A DNA stretch of 63,580 nt, the filler included, from Intoshia linei (Eukaryota > Animalia > Orthonectida): the NCBI GenBank assembly GCA_001642005.1. It is 6 parts of 6 records of this genome, joined end to end, with 100 filler letters (N's around TTAATTAATTAA, not from the genome) between each part and the next. Parts side by side here need not be neighbours in the genome. Positions count along the whole stretch, not along the records: positions 32,947 to 53,081 come from LWCA01000744.1; 5 more parts are not named here. One strand, written 5' to 3'. The notes beneath the pieces are model-generated. The model was not told the origin of the DNA. It was given only the letters and a program-made list of their open reading frames with translations, and made no database searches. Positions 38,623 through 53,181 of this stretch are shown piece after piece (the stretch's first letter is position 1; every line of letters begins with the position of its first letter). A program made the translations under genes and the position numbers.

Positions 38623-41124
38623 ACACACTGTGTCAATTTATTAGGCAGATCACTAAAATTGATGTAATGAACTCTAGGAATGATGAAAACTTAATTTTTT
38701 TTGTAATTAGGTGGCTTTTAATTGATGTTAATATTATTCATTAAAAAAATTAAATTTATTTGATAAAAAAACTTTTTATTCACATACTATTGTTTATTTA
38801 CTTAAATTAGTGTGTCAATTTGTTAGGCAAATCTAACAAATACTGATAAATGAAAAGAAATATAACATCAAAATTTATTTCTAATGTTTAATATAGTTAC
38901 CATTAACCTTTAACAATTTAATTAATCTTCCATCAACAGAATCTGTCAACTTCTTGACGCGTTCTGGTTGAATTGTACTAGACACCTGTTTTATCGCATG
39001 CCACAGTGATTCAATGGAATTATATTGGGTTCTAGCAGTATATAGCTTTTTAAATGGTAGANTTTTAATTGATGTTAATATTATTCATTAAAAAAACTAA
39101 ATTTAATTTGTAAAAAAACTTTTTATTCACATATTATTGTTTATTTACTTAAATTAGTGTGTCAATTTGTTAGGCAAATTTGAAATCGGACAAAAAAATG
39201 ATTTGAATAATAACGAAAAAAGTCAAATAACAGACTTATTGGCCAAAGGAAAGACAACTCTTAAATTATCCAAAGTTCTAAAAAGCGAACATCGAACAAT
39301 TAAATAATGGGCTCATTACCCATCAAAAAAATGATAGGTCAAAATATGGAAAAAAAAGGTAGTGACACAGCAAGAATTATCTCGATTAAGAAGAGAAATA
39401 TCTACCACACCACTTGCTACTAGTTCCAAATTATTTACAACTTGTAACATTACCAATGTCTCGAGAAATACTCGTTGTGGGGTATTAAAAACCATTGCTT
39501 CTGTCAAAAAATCTACGAAAATACCAATTTTAAAGCCAATTCATAAATTAAAACGTATTAATTGGGCTAAAGACAAATTTCCAGATGGTTCTGTTCATTG
39601 ATGAATGCCGTGCAACTTTAGATGGACCGGATGGGTGGTCATGAGGCTGGGTACTTAATGATGCTAAAGTTCCGATTAGATTGCGTCGCCAACAAGGTGG
39701 AAGAGAGGTCATGTTTTGGACTGGAATACTTGGTAGTCAAGTGTTAGGACCATTTCGAATACCAAGTAGCGTTAAAATATATTCTAAATTGTAATACTCA
39801 CTATTTTGGCATGTTTAAAATTTTATAGTTAGTTACACAGAATTTTTGGAGGAAAACTACTTTCCATGATTCAATTCAAAGAGTGAAGAATTTAAAAACA
39901 ATTTCAAATTCATGCACGATATATATATAGTAGGAAATTTTTATCAGAAANATATAGCTTTTTAAATGGTAGAGTTATATGTATAGTTAATAGGTTATAA
40001 AAATATTACATCTTTCTCATGCTCCAATAATTTTCTATTAAATTTAAATCTAAACTGTTAGGAGGCCAAATTATTAACTTTTCTCCAGTAATGCCATTTT
40101 CTGATAAAAATGTCCTACTATATGATCATGCATGGGATGGTGCATTATCGTGCATGAATTTGAAATTGTTTTTAAATTCTTCACTCTTTGAATTGAACCA
40201 TGGAAAGTAGTTCTCCTCCAAAAATTCTGTGTAACTAACTATAAAAATTTAAATTAAATTTAAATTAAATTTAAATTACATGCCAAAATAGTGAGTATTA
40301 AAATTTGGAATATATTTTAACGCCATTTGGAATTCGAAATGGTCCTAACACTTGACTACCAAGTATTCCAGTCCAAAACATAACCTCTCCTCCACCTTGT
40401 TGGCGACGCAATCTAATCATAACTTTAGCATCATTAAGTACCCAGCCTCATGACCACCCATCCGGTTCATCTAAAGTTGCACGGCATTCATCAGTGAACA
40501 GAACCATCTGGAAATTTGTCTTTAGCTCAATTAATACGTTTTACTTTATGAATTGGCTTTAAAATTGGCCTTTTCATAGATTTTTTGACAGAAGTAATGG
40601 TTTTTAATACCCTACAACAAGTATTTCTCGAGAAATTTGTAATGTTACAAGTTGTAAATAATTTGGACCTAGTAGTAAGTGGTGTGGTAGATATTTCACT
40701 CCTTAATATAGATAATTATCGCTGTGTCACTACCCTTTTTTTTCCATATTTTGACCTATAATTTTTTTTGATGGGTAATGAGCCCATTATTTAATTGTTC
40801 GATGTTCGCTTTTTAGAAATTTGGAGATTTGAAGAGTTGTCTTTCCTCTGGCCAATAAGTCTGTTATTTGACTTTTTTCGTCATTATTTAAGTCATTTTT
40901 TTGTCCGATTTCAAATTTGCCTAACAAATTGACACACTAATTTAAGTAAATAAACAATAATATGTGAATAAAAAGTTTTTTTACAAATTAAATTTAGTTT
41001 TTTTAATGAATAATATTAACATCAATTAAAATCCACCTAATTACAAAAAAAATTAAGTTTTCATCATTCTTAGAGTTTATAACATCAATTTTAGTGATCT
41101 GCCTAATAAATTGACACACTGTGT
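38623..41124 (-). mobile_element. Tc1/mariner DD37E element with ~210-bp IR/DR TIRs; defective transposase on minus strand; inverted extra copy 39063-39950 between single Ns
   Basis: TA-flanked TIRs caca(c/g)tgtgtcaatttattaggcag; VLFTDECRATLDGPDGW; HDNAPSH..37 aa..E; in-frame stops. Confidence 0.88.
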
Positions 41125-41401
41125 ATATCAAGTGGAATAAGCTCTATGAGAATAATCTCTTCTTTTTTTTTTTAATTTTCGGACCGTTAATTATTTCGAA
41201 TTTTTTGTTTTAATAAAATATTTCGAAAAAAAATATATAAATACTAAAATGCTTTTTTGACTGTGAAGGCGTCACTTATTCAAATTGAAATTTTATATAA
41301 GTAGAAATGATTACTAAACTAGATTTTTCAATATGCCAAAAATCTGACATTCACACTACACGATTAATGATTTAACAGGTAATTTATATATTATAAGTTA
41401 C

Positions 41402-44400
41402 TTTTGGATAAACTCGTACAATTAATTCCATGTTTAATAATACGAATGGCTAAATTCACGTTCATGCACATGATTGCAATTGAAGCTGTTTGTTCATATG
41501 AACCAAAATTTTCAATGCTAAAAATATAATAAATTAATAAATAAAAAAAATTATATTTAGACTAACATTTATGCAATGTCAATAATAATAAAAAATCCAC
41601 CCAAGTTGAAAATTTTGACTGATGAAAGCAGAAAGTTTTTATTCGAATCACCTGTCGTTTTAGCCAATTTAAATTAATGATATACTTATATGATCAAATT
41701 TTGAAAATACGTTAAAATTTTATATTAAAAATTCCAATCTTATCAGAACACAATAGAAAAAAATTTCAGTAAATACAAGCTATTCAAAAAAAGTCAACCT
41801 TTGACGTTAATGAGACAAATAAGTTTTCCAAATTAAATGAAGATGGCTGAACATAATAATAAACATAAAAAAATACATTTTTTCTGTCAGCTCTCCCATA
41901 TTTTCAATTTCAGTCCAACCACAAATATGAATCAATTTTTTTCTAAAATAGATCAATATTAATAATTTATTACATCAATAACTATAAAAAAGAAAGACTA
42001 TATTGGACGAAGTTAAGACCAAACACATTTATAAAATAATGGAATACACGAATGACCATATCTATCATATACAGTATGTACTAACCTTTTTGTAGATTCG
42101 AAAACATTATGACTTTTAGTAGATTTTCCACTAAATTTTCGTAAAACTTGGGATGGTTTATAATCATTTTCTATATAAAAAACAGCTCCTTTAAAGAAAT
42201 ATTTGTATTCTTTTCCCAAATCAAAATATTTGTCATCAATCAAACTTTTTACTCCTAAAAGAAAACAGTAAAAAATACAATATATTAGAGATGTAGAAAT
42301 ATAATAAAAATAACAAAGTTAATTTACTAGCAATTAGACGCCACATATGTTTTAGTTGTGCATTATCTCCAACAATTTCAATGTATTTTTCGACGTTTTC
42401 CTAAATAAATTGCTAATTACAGCACATCTACTACTATATATAATAAATACATACTATTATCGCATTTAGAAATGAACACTTAGGTAACAATAAAAGAAAA
42501 TTTATGAAAACTACGCCAAAATAACCACGTTTTGGTCAAATAGATTAATTTTTTTAAAAAAATGTGTAGCAAACATGATATTAATAAATAATGAAGAAAC
42601 ATTTATGTATCCTGGGCAGGAGTTTTGGTTTACCACATAGTGATGCATAGACAATCGTTTAGATCTTTAGATTGCACTGCAACATTGAGGCAAGTTTAAA
42701 ATTAATATAAAATGTGGTAGAACCAAAATTACAGCCACAATAAACAATTTATTTCATTATCAAATTAAATAGTGCAGATTATCAAAAATACGGATTTATC
42801 GCCACACTAACATTACAATAATAATAACGAATTAATAGAACACACCATTTGACCATATCCATTGACTGCTCTTTTATACATTTTATTCATAATATCATCT
42901 TCAAATTGTTCTTTGGTGTCAACATTAAAAACACGCCGGTGAGCAAGAAAAAACAATGAATTATTCGAGTGAAACCCCTATGTAAATTATTAATTAACTA
43001 AGCATTAATGATTACAAGATTAATAACATCAGCATATTGTTTAATTTTAATATTGCACATGGTATCAATAAAACATATTGTATTGAAAAGATGAGGTGAC
43101 CAAGCCAAGTCATCAATATTAGTTTTATCAGATTCAAAGATATCTACAGTATGTATAGTAAAATAATTACAATAAAATAGATGCATTACTTGTAAATAAA
43201 CGATTATGCAAAATATCTTGAGACATTATAATTTTATTATTGGAATGAATTGATCCAGGTAAAACGGAGTGAATAAGCATTCTATATCTTAAGGATTCAT
43301 TCTTTGAGGTTGATTCATACAAATCTAAATACTGACATAAAATGTGAATAAGTACATTTTAAAAATATAATATAAGTCCTATAATATACCTTTCTTGCTA
43401 AACTGAGATATATCATATAATTTAATGCAATTTTGTTTCTGCAATAAAACTGTCAAAGTGTTACTTCTAAATTAAATAATTACAAAACGATTATTAGCAA
43501 TTAGCCTTTAAACCAGTGGTCGGCAACCAGTGACCGACATAATAATTTTGGTAGTCCTTTGAGTAAATATGTAAATTATTTATTTTTAAATTTTTAAACA
43601 GTTTTCTACCATAATTGGCTCATTATAATCATTTTAGCTCTGAATTTCCATATCGTCCTGGATATTATTCTGTTAAATATCCTTACTCATATAATATGCT
43701 ATGTAATATTTTTTGTGTGTGTTACCGTTTATTTCAATAACTACTAGTCTTAGAATTTTATTAAGTCTACATTTCAATTAAAGTTTTTTCTGGGGGTGTT
43801 AGCAAAATAAATTTCAACCTCCCAAACTCACGAGTCTAAAATCCCAATTGTCCCTTTTTTTGAAAATCAAACGAGTTGGAGATTTATACTTAAAAAATAT
43901 ATCTTCAGGGCCAAAACCCCAAATTACCCTTAGCTTCATGATTGAATTAATTTTAATCACATAGATATTTCAAAATGTGTTAACATTATTAAAAGAATTT
44001 ATTACAGGCCTCATCTATTCAGAAATATATCTCATTATATACATGTAAAAAATATATAATGTAATATGTAAATAATTGCCAAAAGCGCAATTAAAGAAAA
44101 TATCGAGTTGGACCTATGAAAAACGTCGAATCTAATTACTTTAATGCCCCACGGCAGAATGATATCTTATGTACGCTACAAGAAACTACAAACATGAAAA
44201 AATATCTACTTGTTATGATAGATCATTTCTCAGGCTGGCCAGGAATAATTTCCATTAAAGAAATCACTGCTACCACAGTTGCAAAATATATATTTGAATA
44301 TAGAAATAATTATAAATATATATTTGAACTTATTATTGCATGATATCGTTCCCCATCGGAAATACGTATTGATTTAGTAACTCAATTTAAAGGCAAAATA

Positions 44401-47400
44401 ATCAAAAGATTATGCGAAATGTACGGGTAAATTATTTTCTTTCTAAAGCCTACAAATACTCAGAAAATGGTTTAGTTCAAAAACTAAATAGAGCTGTTCA
44501 AGAACGAATACGTGTCATGTGCAACGAGTCATCATACGAATGGGACTCGGTAATACCTCACATTTTAATAATTTGGAAAAAAAATAAAAAAATTCGAGAA
44601 GAATGGGATATTTCCACTTGAAGTCACTATGGGTATAGACTATACAGGAAAACCTTTAGATCGATTCAGCGGAATGAGTGAAAGCTATCGTCATAAATTT
44701 CTGCACAACCCAAGAGTAAAACGAAATTTTGATAAGAAAGCATCAAAATATAGTTATATCGTAATCGTAATTTCGAAAAAAATGACCCGAAATTGTCTAA
44801 ACAACAAAATCCATATAGAAAAAAAGATACTAGGAGACCTGATTATTTAAAAGATTATTATCTTGATGGGGAAGTGTAATACTACACAATTACAAATACA
44901 ATAAACACAATTCTTAATTTTAACTTAACAGAATACTCTGAACCTTACTTACTATATCTATTATCAATAAAATCTTTTTTTCCACTGTACTTATAATAAA
45001 ATTATTGTTCCGCACAAGCTATTACTCTAACTTAGACTTATAACAATTAATGATACAAATTAATAAATGGTACCATAATATTAAAAATTTTAAATTACAG
45101 TTGATTCTGTTCTATATGAACATGAAGGGACCAGGTTTTGATAATGTTCATACTATAATGTAATATGAACATATATAAATGGCGATAATAATATTAAAAG
45201 TTTCGAAATGTCCCACTCAATGTTTGTTCAAACAAAATTGTCGTGTTCATATTGAATTTCATTGAGTTCATATTCTAGGGTATTCATATAGAACAGAATC
45301 GACTGTATTTACATAATAAATTACTGTTAACATAAAATTTTTAACTTTTGATTAACCTAGTAATAATAAAGAATACCTATTTTTCGACCAATATAGCATA
45401 TTTATAATGGAAATTTCTTTTATAGTGTACAACTATATATCAAAAATATTATAAAAATAAAAATACAACAAAATATAAATAAGTCATTTAGCAAACTCCA
45501 ACTTTACCGAATAAATTATCAAACTAATATATCTGGATACAATATTATTTAGGATAATAAAAAATAAATACGAATAAGAGTTATTTAAATACATTTTATT
45601 GAAACAAAAAAAGTTTTTGATCAATTGTATTATAAAATAAACGATTTGAAATATGCAAAGTTATTTTCGAATGCCCACCATGACAGAAAAGCGTCGAATA
45701 GCGAAATATGGAGATAATATTGTATTAGAAGAATCTTCATTCACATCTAATTATTACTTTCAACGTTAATAAATAAGTTATATGAACTAAAATTTATTAA
45801 TATAATATATCATTGAAATCAGCGTTAGATTATCCACAAGATGGTATTATTTTTATGCAGATGTATTTTTAGTGCAATAAATGCATGTCTTTTTAGAATT
45901 ATATAATCATACTGCAAAAATTTTTAAAATATATTAAATAACGAATGTGAGGTCAACAAAATAAAAAATGCAATTATTTATTGAAAATTGAACTGTATTT
46001 ATACATTTTTATTAATTTTTTAGCAATAATTACATAATAAACGATTTATTTATATACATTCATGGTGGATACTATTTTCTAAATTTCGCTTTCTGGTTTT
46101 GAGAGAATTCTTGCTTTTTTATATTTCACTCATGCCCTCTCTACGGCATCGTTAACGACGGGTGCGCACCCTACCTTTGAAATGTAATGATTATGTTTAT
46201 TGAATTTCTTTAATGATGTTTCACTCAGATTTTTAAGATTTGAAGATTTTTCACTAAGATATAACCAATTTCAAATCATTCTCTTATCATTAATTGATGC
46301 TTTTTTAGCGTCAGCAGCCTCTAACCAAAACAAGATATATCCGTATGCACAAAAAATTAAAAAAGACAACTTTTTAGTCGATCTATCAATGTTTAATATA
46401 TACGCCTTGAGTGAATAAATCAATTTAGCCATCCAACGAGTTTTAGATACAGCACCAGGCTTTAATAATTTTACACTACATCCTGTTAAAACTTAAATTT
46501 TACTTTTATTCTGAATATACAAATATAAAAAATGTTTAGTTTACTGTTTCATTAACAAACGTTGAAAACATTTTATTAAAAATTTGGCAGACCCCAACAA
46601 CTCTAGTAAATATGGCCGTAGGGAATTATATATATTCTAAATGCAAAAATTGTCAATAAACATTCAAAAATTTGGCAAAGCCTCAAAAACCCTGGTAAAT
46701 ATAACAAAAATATGCTTTAGGGTCTAGTTTATGCATTATTTATATTCTACATACAAAAATTGCCAATAAACGTTAAAAAATAGACTGAATCCACGAATTA
46801 TTGATAAAATAATTTTGTTACTAATAGTGTCACTTATACGAGGTACATTTTCATCTTCGCGATGTTACCTATAGTAAGGTTATACTTAATAGTAATTGTA
46901 GTACGTATTGTTCTGGCCATTTTAGTTTATGGAGTGGCTAATTTAGATTAATAGAGTCGTTGTAGAACAGCTCAGTGGAGCAATTTTCTGGCAACTCTGG
47001 TTTCGATTAACAATATAATTAAAATATAATATTACCGGTTTGTTGCAATCTTTAAATTCATAAATTTCAATGGTGGACTAAAAATAATATGTACTTCTAG
47101 GGTATCTTTTTTTTTATTAGAAAAACCAATTTTTCACGTGGATGTCATTTTTTATTTTAATAAGTAATTGAAAATTATGAAACTATTGTAATCAAGTAGT
47201 GCTCATCACCTTTATTGATAGTCATTAATTGTATTATTACTCCTAAAGTGTTTTAATTTATGTATTAACATTGTGAAACATTAAAAAAGTTTTCTAGAAC
47301 ACATCGTTTACGTTTTATATATATAATAATCATTAATCTATGTATTATTTTTTATGGGAGTAACATCAGTTTAAGTTAAATTATAAGAGTTAACATTGTT

Positions 47401-50400
47401 CATAATCGAAAAATTTTCAAATTATTAATTAATGATCAACCCCTTCACTTTCATGATATAATTTGTGAGAAACTCGTTAAAAAAATAGAAAATGTTGTTC
47501 TGTGTTATAGATAGAAATATTTAATAAACATAATATAAAAAGTCCAATTTAAGTACATTATATGCGTTTGGCACCCTAATAATTATAACCCGCCACTGAT
47601 TGGAAGTGTTATACAATAGTAACAAACATCAAAATGGATTTTTTTATTATTAAAAGTCGAAACCCTAATTATGGTAGATTCAATTATGCATTAAGATTGT
47701 ACGTGTAACTGAGCATCGCGTATGCAATATAGTAAAATGTCAAATTACTTGATCAAAACAAGCAAAATACGAATCATTGAATGTGATTCCATTGCAGAAA
47801 TTGGTATAAATTACTCGTACACATTCTCTTCCTTCTATATAAAAAAATATATGAAAATGAATTTAAAAAATAAACGTGGTCAATAGTGTGTCACATTTAA
47901 ATTTTTTTAAACATTCAAAAACATACTATCAATAGATTAGGTGCAATTTAATAAAAAAATGATAATCTGATTGCAATTTAATTTTTTTGAAATATTATTT
48001 AATTACAACAAAGAAATTGAAATAATTAATGGTCATTGAATTAAAAAAAGATTATTCTGATAGTTTATATAAATATAAAATTTCAACCCCAGAAATTACG
48101 CATCCCATGTGAAAAATAACTTTTAATATATTATCAACCATTATTTTTACAATTTTTGAATTAAAATTAAAAATGTAAATATTCATCTGACAATTTCAAA
48201 AAAAAATGTGCATTGAACCTCTACACATTTCCAATAAAGAGATAATGATAGAGAACGATCTTTTATATCAAAAGTGCACCCAATCTTACCTCTCTTACTG
48301 CGCGGAACCCTTATGAAATTTCAAAAAATCGCCGCACCTAACAGCATGATCAAAAATTTTTTTTCGTATGTCGCATATATAAAAAAAATTAATAAAACAC
48401 GGAATTTAGCCGGTAAAACCAGTTGCCTCCCTCACACAACAAAGAAGCATCCAGGCCCGTGAAAGATAAATTTTTAGTTAAATATCATTATAAAGAGGTA
48501 AGTAACTTATTTCAAGAGAGTTGGGCCAGTAAAAACCCACCTTCTTTACAATATTTCTCATAAAGATAATCTGAATTATTATTACTTTTTAAAATCATTT
48601 TTAAGGTTCCCATACTCACACCGTATAATACTTTTATTAAAACTTATTTGATTTAAATTTGAGAAATGATGTTTCATTTCATACAACAGTAATTAAGAAA
48701 AACTTTAAATTGAAAAATATCACATTCATATTTTACGGAACCCCAATTAAATGTCACGGAACACGGGTTGAGAACCACTGGTCTAGCTAATCATGAACGC
48801 CGAATTGATAAAAAACCGATTCAAATGAAAAAACTGAATAAATATAAAAAAAATATAAATTGAAAATTAATTGTTATAGAAATAATTATTACTATAAAAT
48901 TTGCTAACAAAATAAATTAAATTTTGCTCATTATTCATATTTTGAAGTGCTTTGCCCCAAGGTTTTTTTTAATCCTTTTTATATAATTTTTTAATAGTTG
49001 TGTATCATTCAACCCTATCTTTCACGTATGAAGTGGCACCTTTGTATTTTTGCAAAAAAGTGAAAAAATTCACACCTCTAATGTATACAGTGCGCCGCGA
49101 ACATAAAAAGTTTGAGAAGCACTGGTCTGTTTATCCCAGTGGTTCCCAAAGTGGTCCACAAGAAATTATAGTTGGTTCACACGAAAAATTTTAAATAAAA
49201 TAAAGATAACCTTTTTTAACAATAATAAATTAGAATTGTATTGATCATTTATTATTATTAGTGACGTAAACATCATTTAATCAAAATAAAGTGGAAATTT
49301 ACTGACTGAATAACGTGAATAATTTTCACGTGCGTTAAATTTAATCTACATTGTATGTAACGATTTAACTTAGAACGATTGTATTCTCCGGAATTGAACC
49401 TAGCAAGCCCATTAAAAGCCAATTCAAAAATGAAAAATAGCCCATTAAAACATTTTATATACGAATTATAATGTCATATAACCCTATCCACCTGTCTAAG
49501 GCTCTTGAGTTGACATTTTAAACTTAACGCTCAAATTAGTTGATATTATGGATTTTTTTTAATGCTCAATTTAATAAATTGAAGCCTCTATTTTAAAAAA
49601 ATTTTGGTTGACATTCCTCGGTGTAGGATCTCGCATACGGCACTGGTAGTTCGCCATAAGTATGTTTGAAATTAAGAATTTTTTTAATTACGCCATTTAA
49701 GCTACCTTGTCAAAATTAATGTGAAATTTTCGATTTAAGGAGAAATATATAATAAAAAAATCAAAGTATTACCTTAGTGACGTGTTCAGGATTAAGGGGA
49801 TTTTTTTAAAAAATTATGTGGTCCACACAAATTTTTTTTTGTGACAAGTGATCCATAGTGGAAAAAGTTTGGGAACCACTGGTCTATCCAGTACTTTATA
49901 AAAAAATAATAAATCACCTCTTAAATCAAAGAATTTAATGCAACGCCCAACAAATGCTACCAAAATACAATTTTGATCAGTACCATGCCAACATATGGAT
50001 GTTGTCGGTTCGTTAATTCCTAGAAAAATGTATAAGTAATATTGAGAGCATCAATTTTTTACTAATGAGTCAACTTAATATTGCATTTTAAATTAAAAAT
50101 TAAAACAATACAGGAAGTACTTAAAGAGAAAGGAATTAAACCTACAAAATATAAAAATTATAGAGAATTTGATTTAAATCTCTTTGATGCATAATTTTTA
50201 AAATTATCAATTAAACAGTTTTATCCAACGTATAACAATCAAAAAATAAGGATAAATAAGACACGTATACCATACAATGTACAATGTACGGCGTACATGT
50301 AACATTTAACGAAAAATAAACCAAAAGTATATTTTCGATAACAAGCATTATTGCAATTTTTATCGGATTGATTAATCAATTTTGTAACATCCAAAATTGT

Positions 50401-50960
50401 AAGACTTGACTTCATTTGATGAACTTTGGAATAGACGGCAAACTAAATGAAATTAAAAATGTAATAAAAGACTTACCAAATTAACATTAATTAAATTCCA
50501 TAATATTTTAGCAGGTGTGCCTGAAGGTAGCATAAATTGTTCTTCATTAACTATTGGATTAAAAAAATATTCGCCCGATGAACTTTTTTTTAATCTAATT
50601 TTAAAGTTTAAATTATAAAAATTGATTACAAAACTTGGTAACAACTATTCGTCCATCTCTCAAACCCAAAGCAATTAATGGGCTATCATCAAAGTTGGAT
50701 GGAGATATATCAAAGCACTATAAATAAACCTATAAACACAATCAAATTTAAAGTTTACCTCAATAATGACTATATAATTTGTCATGGAAACATTTTGACA
50801 TTCTGGAGAATAATTAATTTTTTAACATTCATTATTTTTTACCATATTTTCCAGATTTAGATAAGGTTACTTTGTTTAGACTCAACATTTCATGTTTCAT
50901 GTAAATAAAATAATTTGGAATCGTTGGAACCCACCGGATCAGAATATTTGAAGACAACAT
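41402..50960 (-). CDS. MIOS: GATOR2 subunit Mio/MIOS, 5' portion (WD40 to start of solenoid); C-terminal exons absent
   Basis: MLSSNILIRWVP, LIALGLRDGRIVVT, SICWHG..CIKFFDLR, CIKLYDI, DLAWSPH, RKKLIHICGW, GSYEQTASIAIMCMNVNLAIRII fit the Mio motif order as I recall it. Internal exon boundaries are approximate. Confidence 0.72.
44100..45045 (+). mobile_element. Ty3/gypsy integrase remnant with PPT and 3' LTR (~44875-45045), antisense in MIOS intron
   Basis: YLLVMIDHFSGW, NGLVQKLNR, EWD; purine tract gatggggaag then TG..CA segment containing AATAAA. Confidence 0.75.
45098..45305. mobile_element. pogo/Tigger-type MITE
   Basis: TA|cagttgattctgttctatatgaa ... ttcatatagaacagaatcgactg|TA. Confidence 0.85.
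46060..46510 (-). mobile_element. hAT-like transposase remnant
   Basis: KPGAVSKTRWMAKLIYSLK and VVNDAVERA motifs. Confidence 0.6.
49137..49881. mobile_element. hAT MITE
   Basis: TIR cagtggttcccaaa/tttgggaaccactg; TSD gtttatcc/gtctatcc. Confidence 0.85.
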
Positions 50961-53081
50961 ATTCTGTTTTATATAAAGAACTTTAGTTTATAAACATCAT
51001 TATGGTATTTAACCATCAATGCAAATTACCGCAGCTATGTTTATGGTCCCTTGCGACATTTCGTTTATATTTTAGTTAATATACGAAAGTATTTTTTTAA
51101 ATTATCATTTAGTTTTACTTATTGGAGGCACGCAAGTGTTTATTTTTCAGAGTTAAATATTTACTTATCTAATTTAATAGATACAAGGTACAGTTCAATT
51201 TGTATCTCAATTTTACATGTAAAATGTATATAAAAACTGATTCGAAATGTTTTGAAAGCATTTTGAATTGGTTTGAGTGGCTTTTTCTCATTACATTTTG
51301 TAAAAATGTATTTTTCCGTTAAGGGTTGGTAAAATTGGATTTTTTATTTTGAAGTTGGATTTAGTGGTATTTTCTCTTTAATAATATTTCATTAATTCCT
51401 ACAATGATACATTATTTTAGCGGAGGATCTTCTATTATGTAGCGTTGCCCCTGAGAGAATCACTGCTTTAAATCTATATGCTCGAAGAAAATACATAAAT
51501 TTAATTGTTGAATGACCGTATTAGGTTCCGGTTCTAAAAAGGATGGTGATATCAAAATACCTTTATGAATAATAGGACAAACAAAAAGACCACGGGCATT
51601 TAGAAATGTTTGACTTCCTTTTGATTACTCCCAAAGCATATAGATAAACCATAAAATTAATTTCGTAAAAGCCCCAATAAACTAAATTTAAAAAAACACA
51701 ATGTACCACAAAACATTGCAAACCCATCACAGACATATAAACCAGTCAAAAACTGGCAGTATATTAAATAAAGTTATTTTTTATATTTATCTTAACATTT
51801 TTGTAATTTCAATAATTGCATTTGGGTGAGGGTAAATATAATCCATATAAAAACATTTTATAATAAATGTTTAAAATCAAAAAAGGCATCCACGTGCAAA
51901 ATGATGTTTTCTAATAAAAAAAATGGACACTAGTGCAATTTTCTCAGAGAGGCACACAACTATTTGGGGATCATGTAAAATTTTATAGTTAAACAATATC
52001 GTTAACTGTTATTTACTACGTACAAACAGCATCTAGCTTTGCCAATGGCATATTTTCATTCTACCTCACAAGGAGAGAGAAATAAAAGAAAAAATAAACA
52101 CATAGGAAAGGAATAAATACCTACATCTTTATTCACTATTATCAATTCTTTAAAGGATTGATTCTCAAATTTGTTTCACGTGGACCCGTCATATCACATT
52201 ACATTTTAATTTAAAGTGAATTATTTCAAAGAATTTTAAAAACAATTGTTATCCCCTTTTTTTAAATTATTAGACAGAATGTGTGTATAATTTTAAGAAT
52301 AAAATATAAACTGTACAATATGGTGTGCATTTTTTTAAAGAACAAAACATGTATTTGCATAAAAGTGTGTTTTTGTTGTTGATCACGAATATGCAACTGT
52401 AGTGTACCAGTTAGTTGTTTAGTTGTTATAGCGTAGTTGTATAGTTATCATAGAGTGAGCGAGTTGTCTTTATAATTTTGGATTAAACATGTACATAAAT
52501 TGTCTTGAAATTATTGAATAAGTTTCGCTGATAAATTCAGATACCTTCAAACCTCAGAACATTACAGCAACAATTAATACGTTTAATCGAAATATTCTTA
52601 GCCTATTTTTTAAAACGCATATGATATTTATTATTTTAGAAATTTGAACTTAATTTTATTATTATTATAATAATAAGTTATTAATATAACAAGTATAAGT
52701 TAATTTTTTAGTTGTTAATTAGCATGCAATTCCACGCATGATCATAATATAATGTAAATTAATTAGCTAATTAACATTTTATAAAGTGATGAATTATGAA
52801 ATTAATAAAGTCATTTTATTTTTCTATAAGTTATAAACATCATTTTTTTGAAATTGAAAATAAACACTTATAAATCATTCTAAAAGCTTTACTTTTACAG
52901 GAAAAATTTTGATCATCACGAAATAATGTAACAATTATTTAGCATCCCAAAAACTACAAAATTTCAAAATGAACAACATAATGAATGTATCCTAATAAAT
53001 TCAAGAGAAATGACAATTTATTTAGTCGTATAAATTGCAATTGCACTGTTTCCTATGAAAAAATGCACTTTATTAAAGTTC

Positions 53082-53181
53082 NNNNNNNNNNNNNNNNNNN
53101 NNNNNNNNNNNNNNNNNNNNNNNNNTTAATTAATTAANNNNNNNNNNNNNNNNNNNNNNNNNNNNNNNNNNNNNNNNNNNN
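53082..53181. other. Artificial contig linker
   Basis: N-run with TTAATTAATTAA. Confidence 0.95.

Noticed and set aside
39600-40460. TGA reassignment or readthrough suggested by in-frame TGAs in the transposase
   Set aside because: Host genes read with the standard code and use TGA as a stop (NDUFA8, the 62490 ORF). The TGAs fit CGA/TGG decay.
38603-41402. Functional MIOS-VPS13 fusion protein
   Set aside because: The donor is phase 1 and the acceptor phase 0, and I see no bridging exon.
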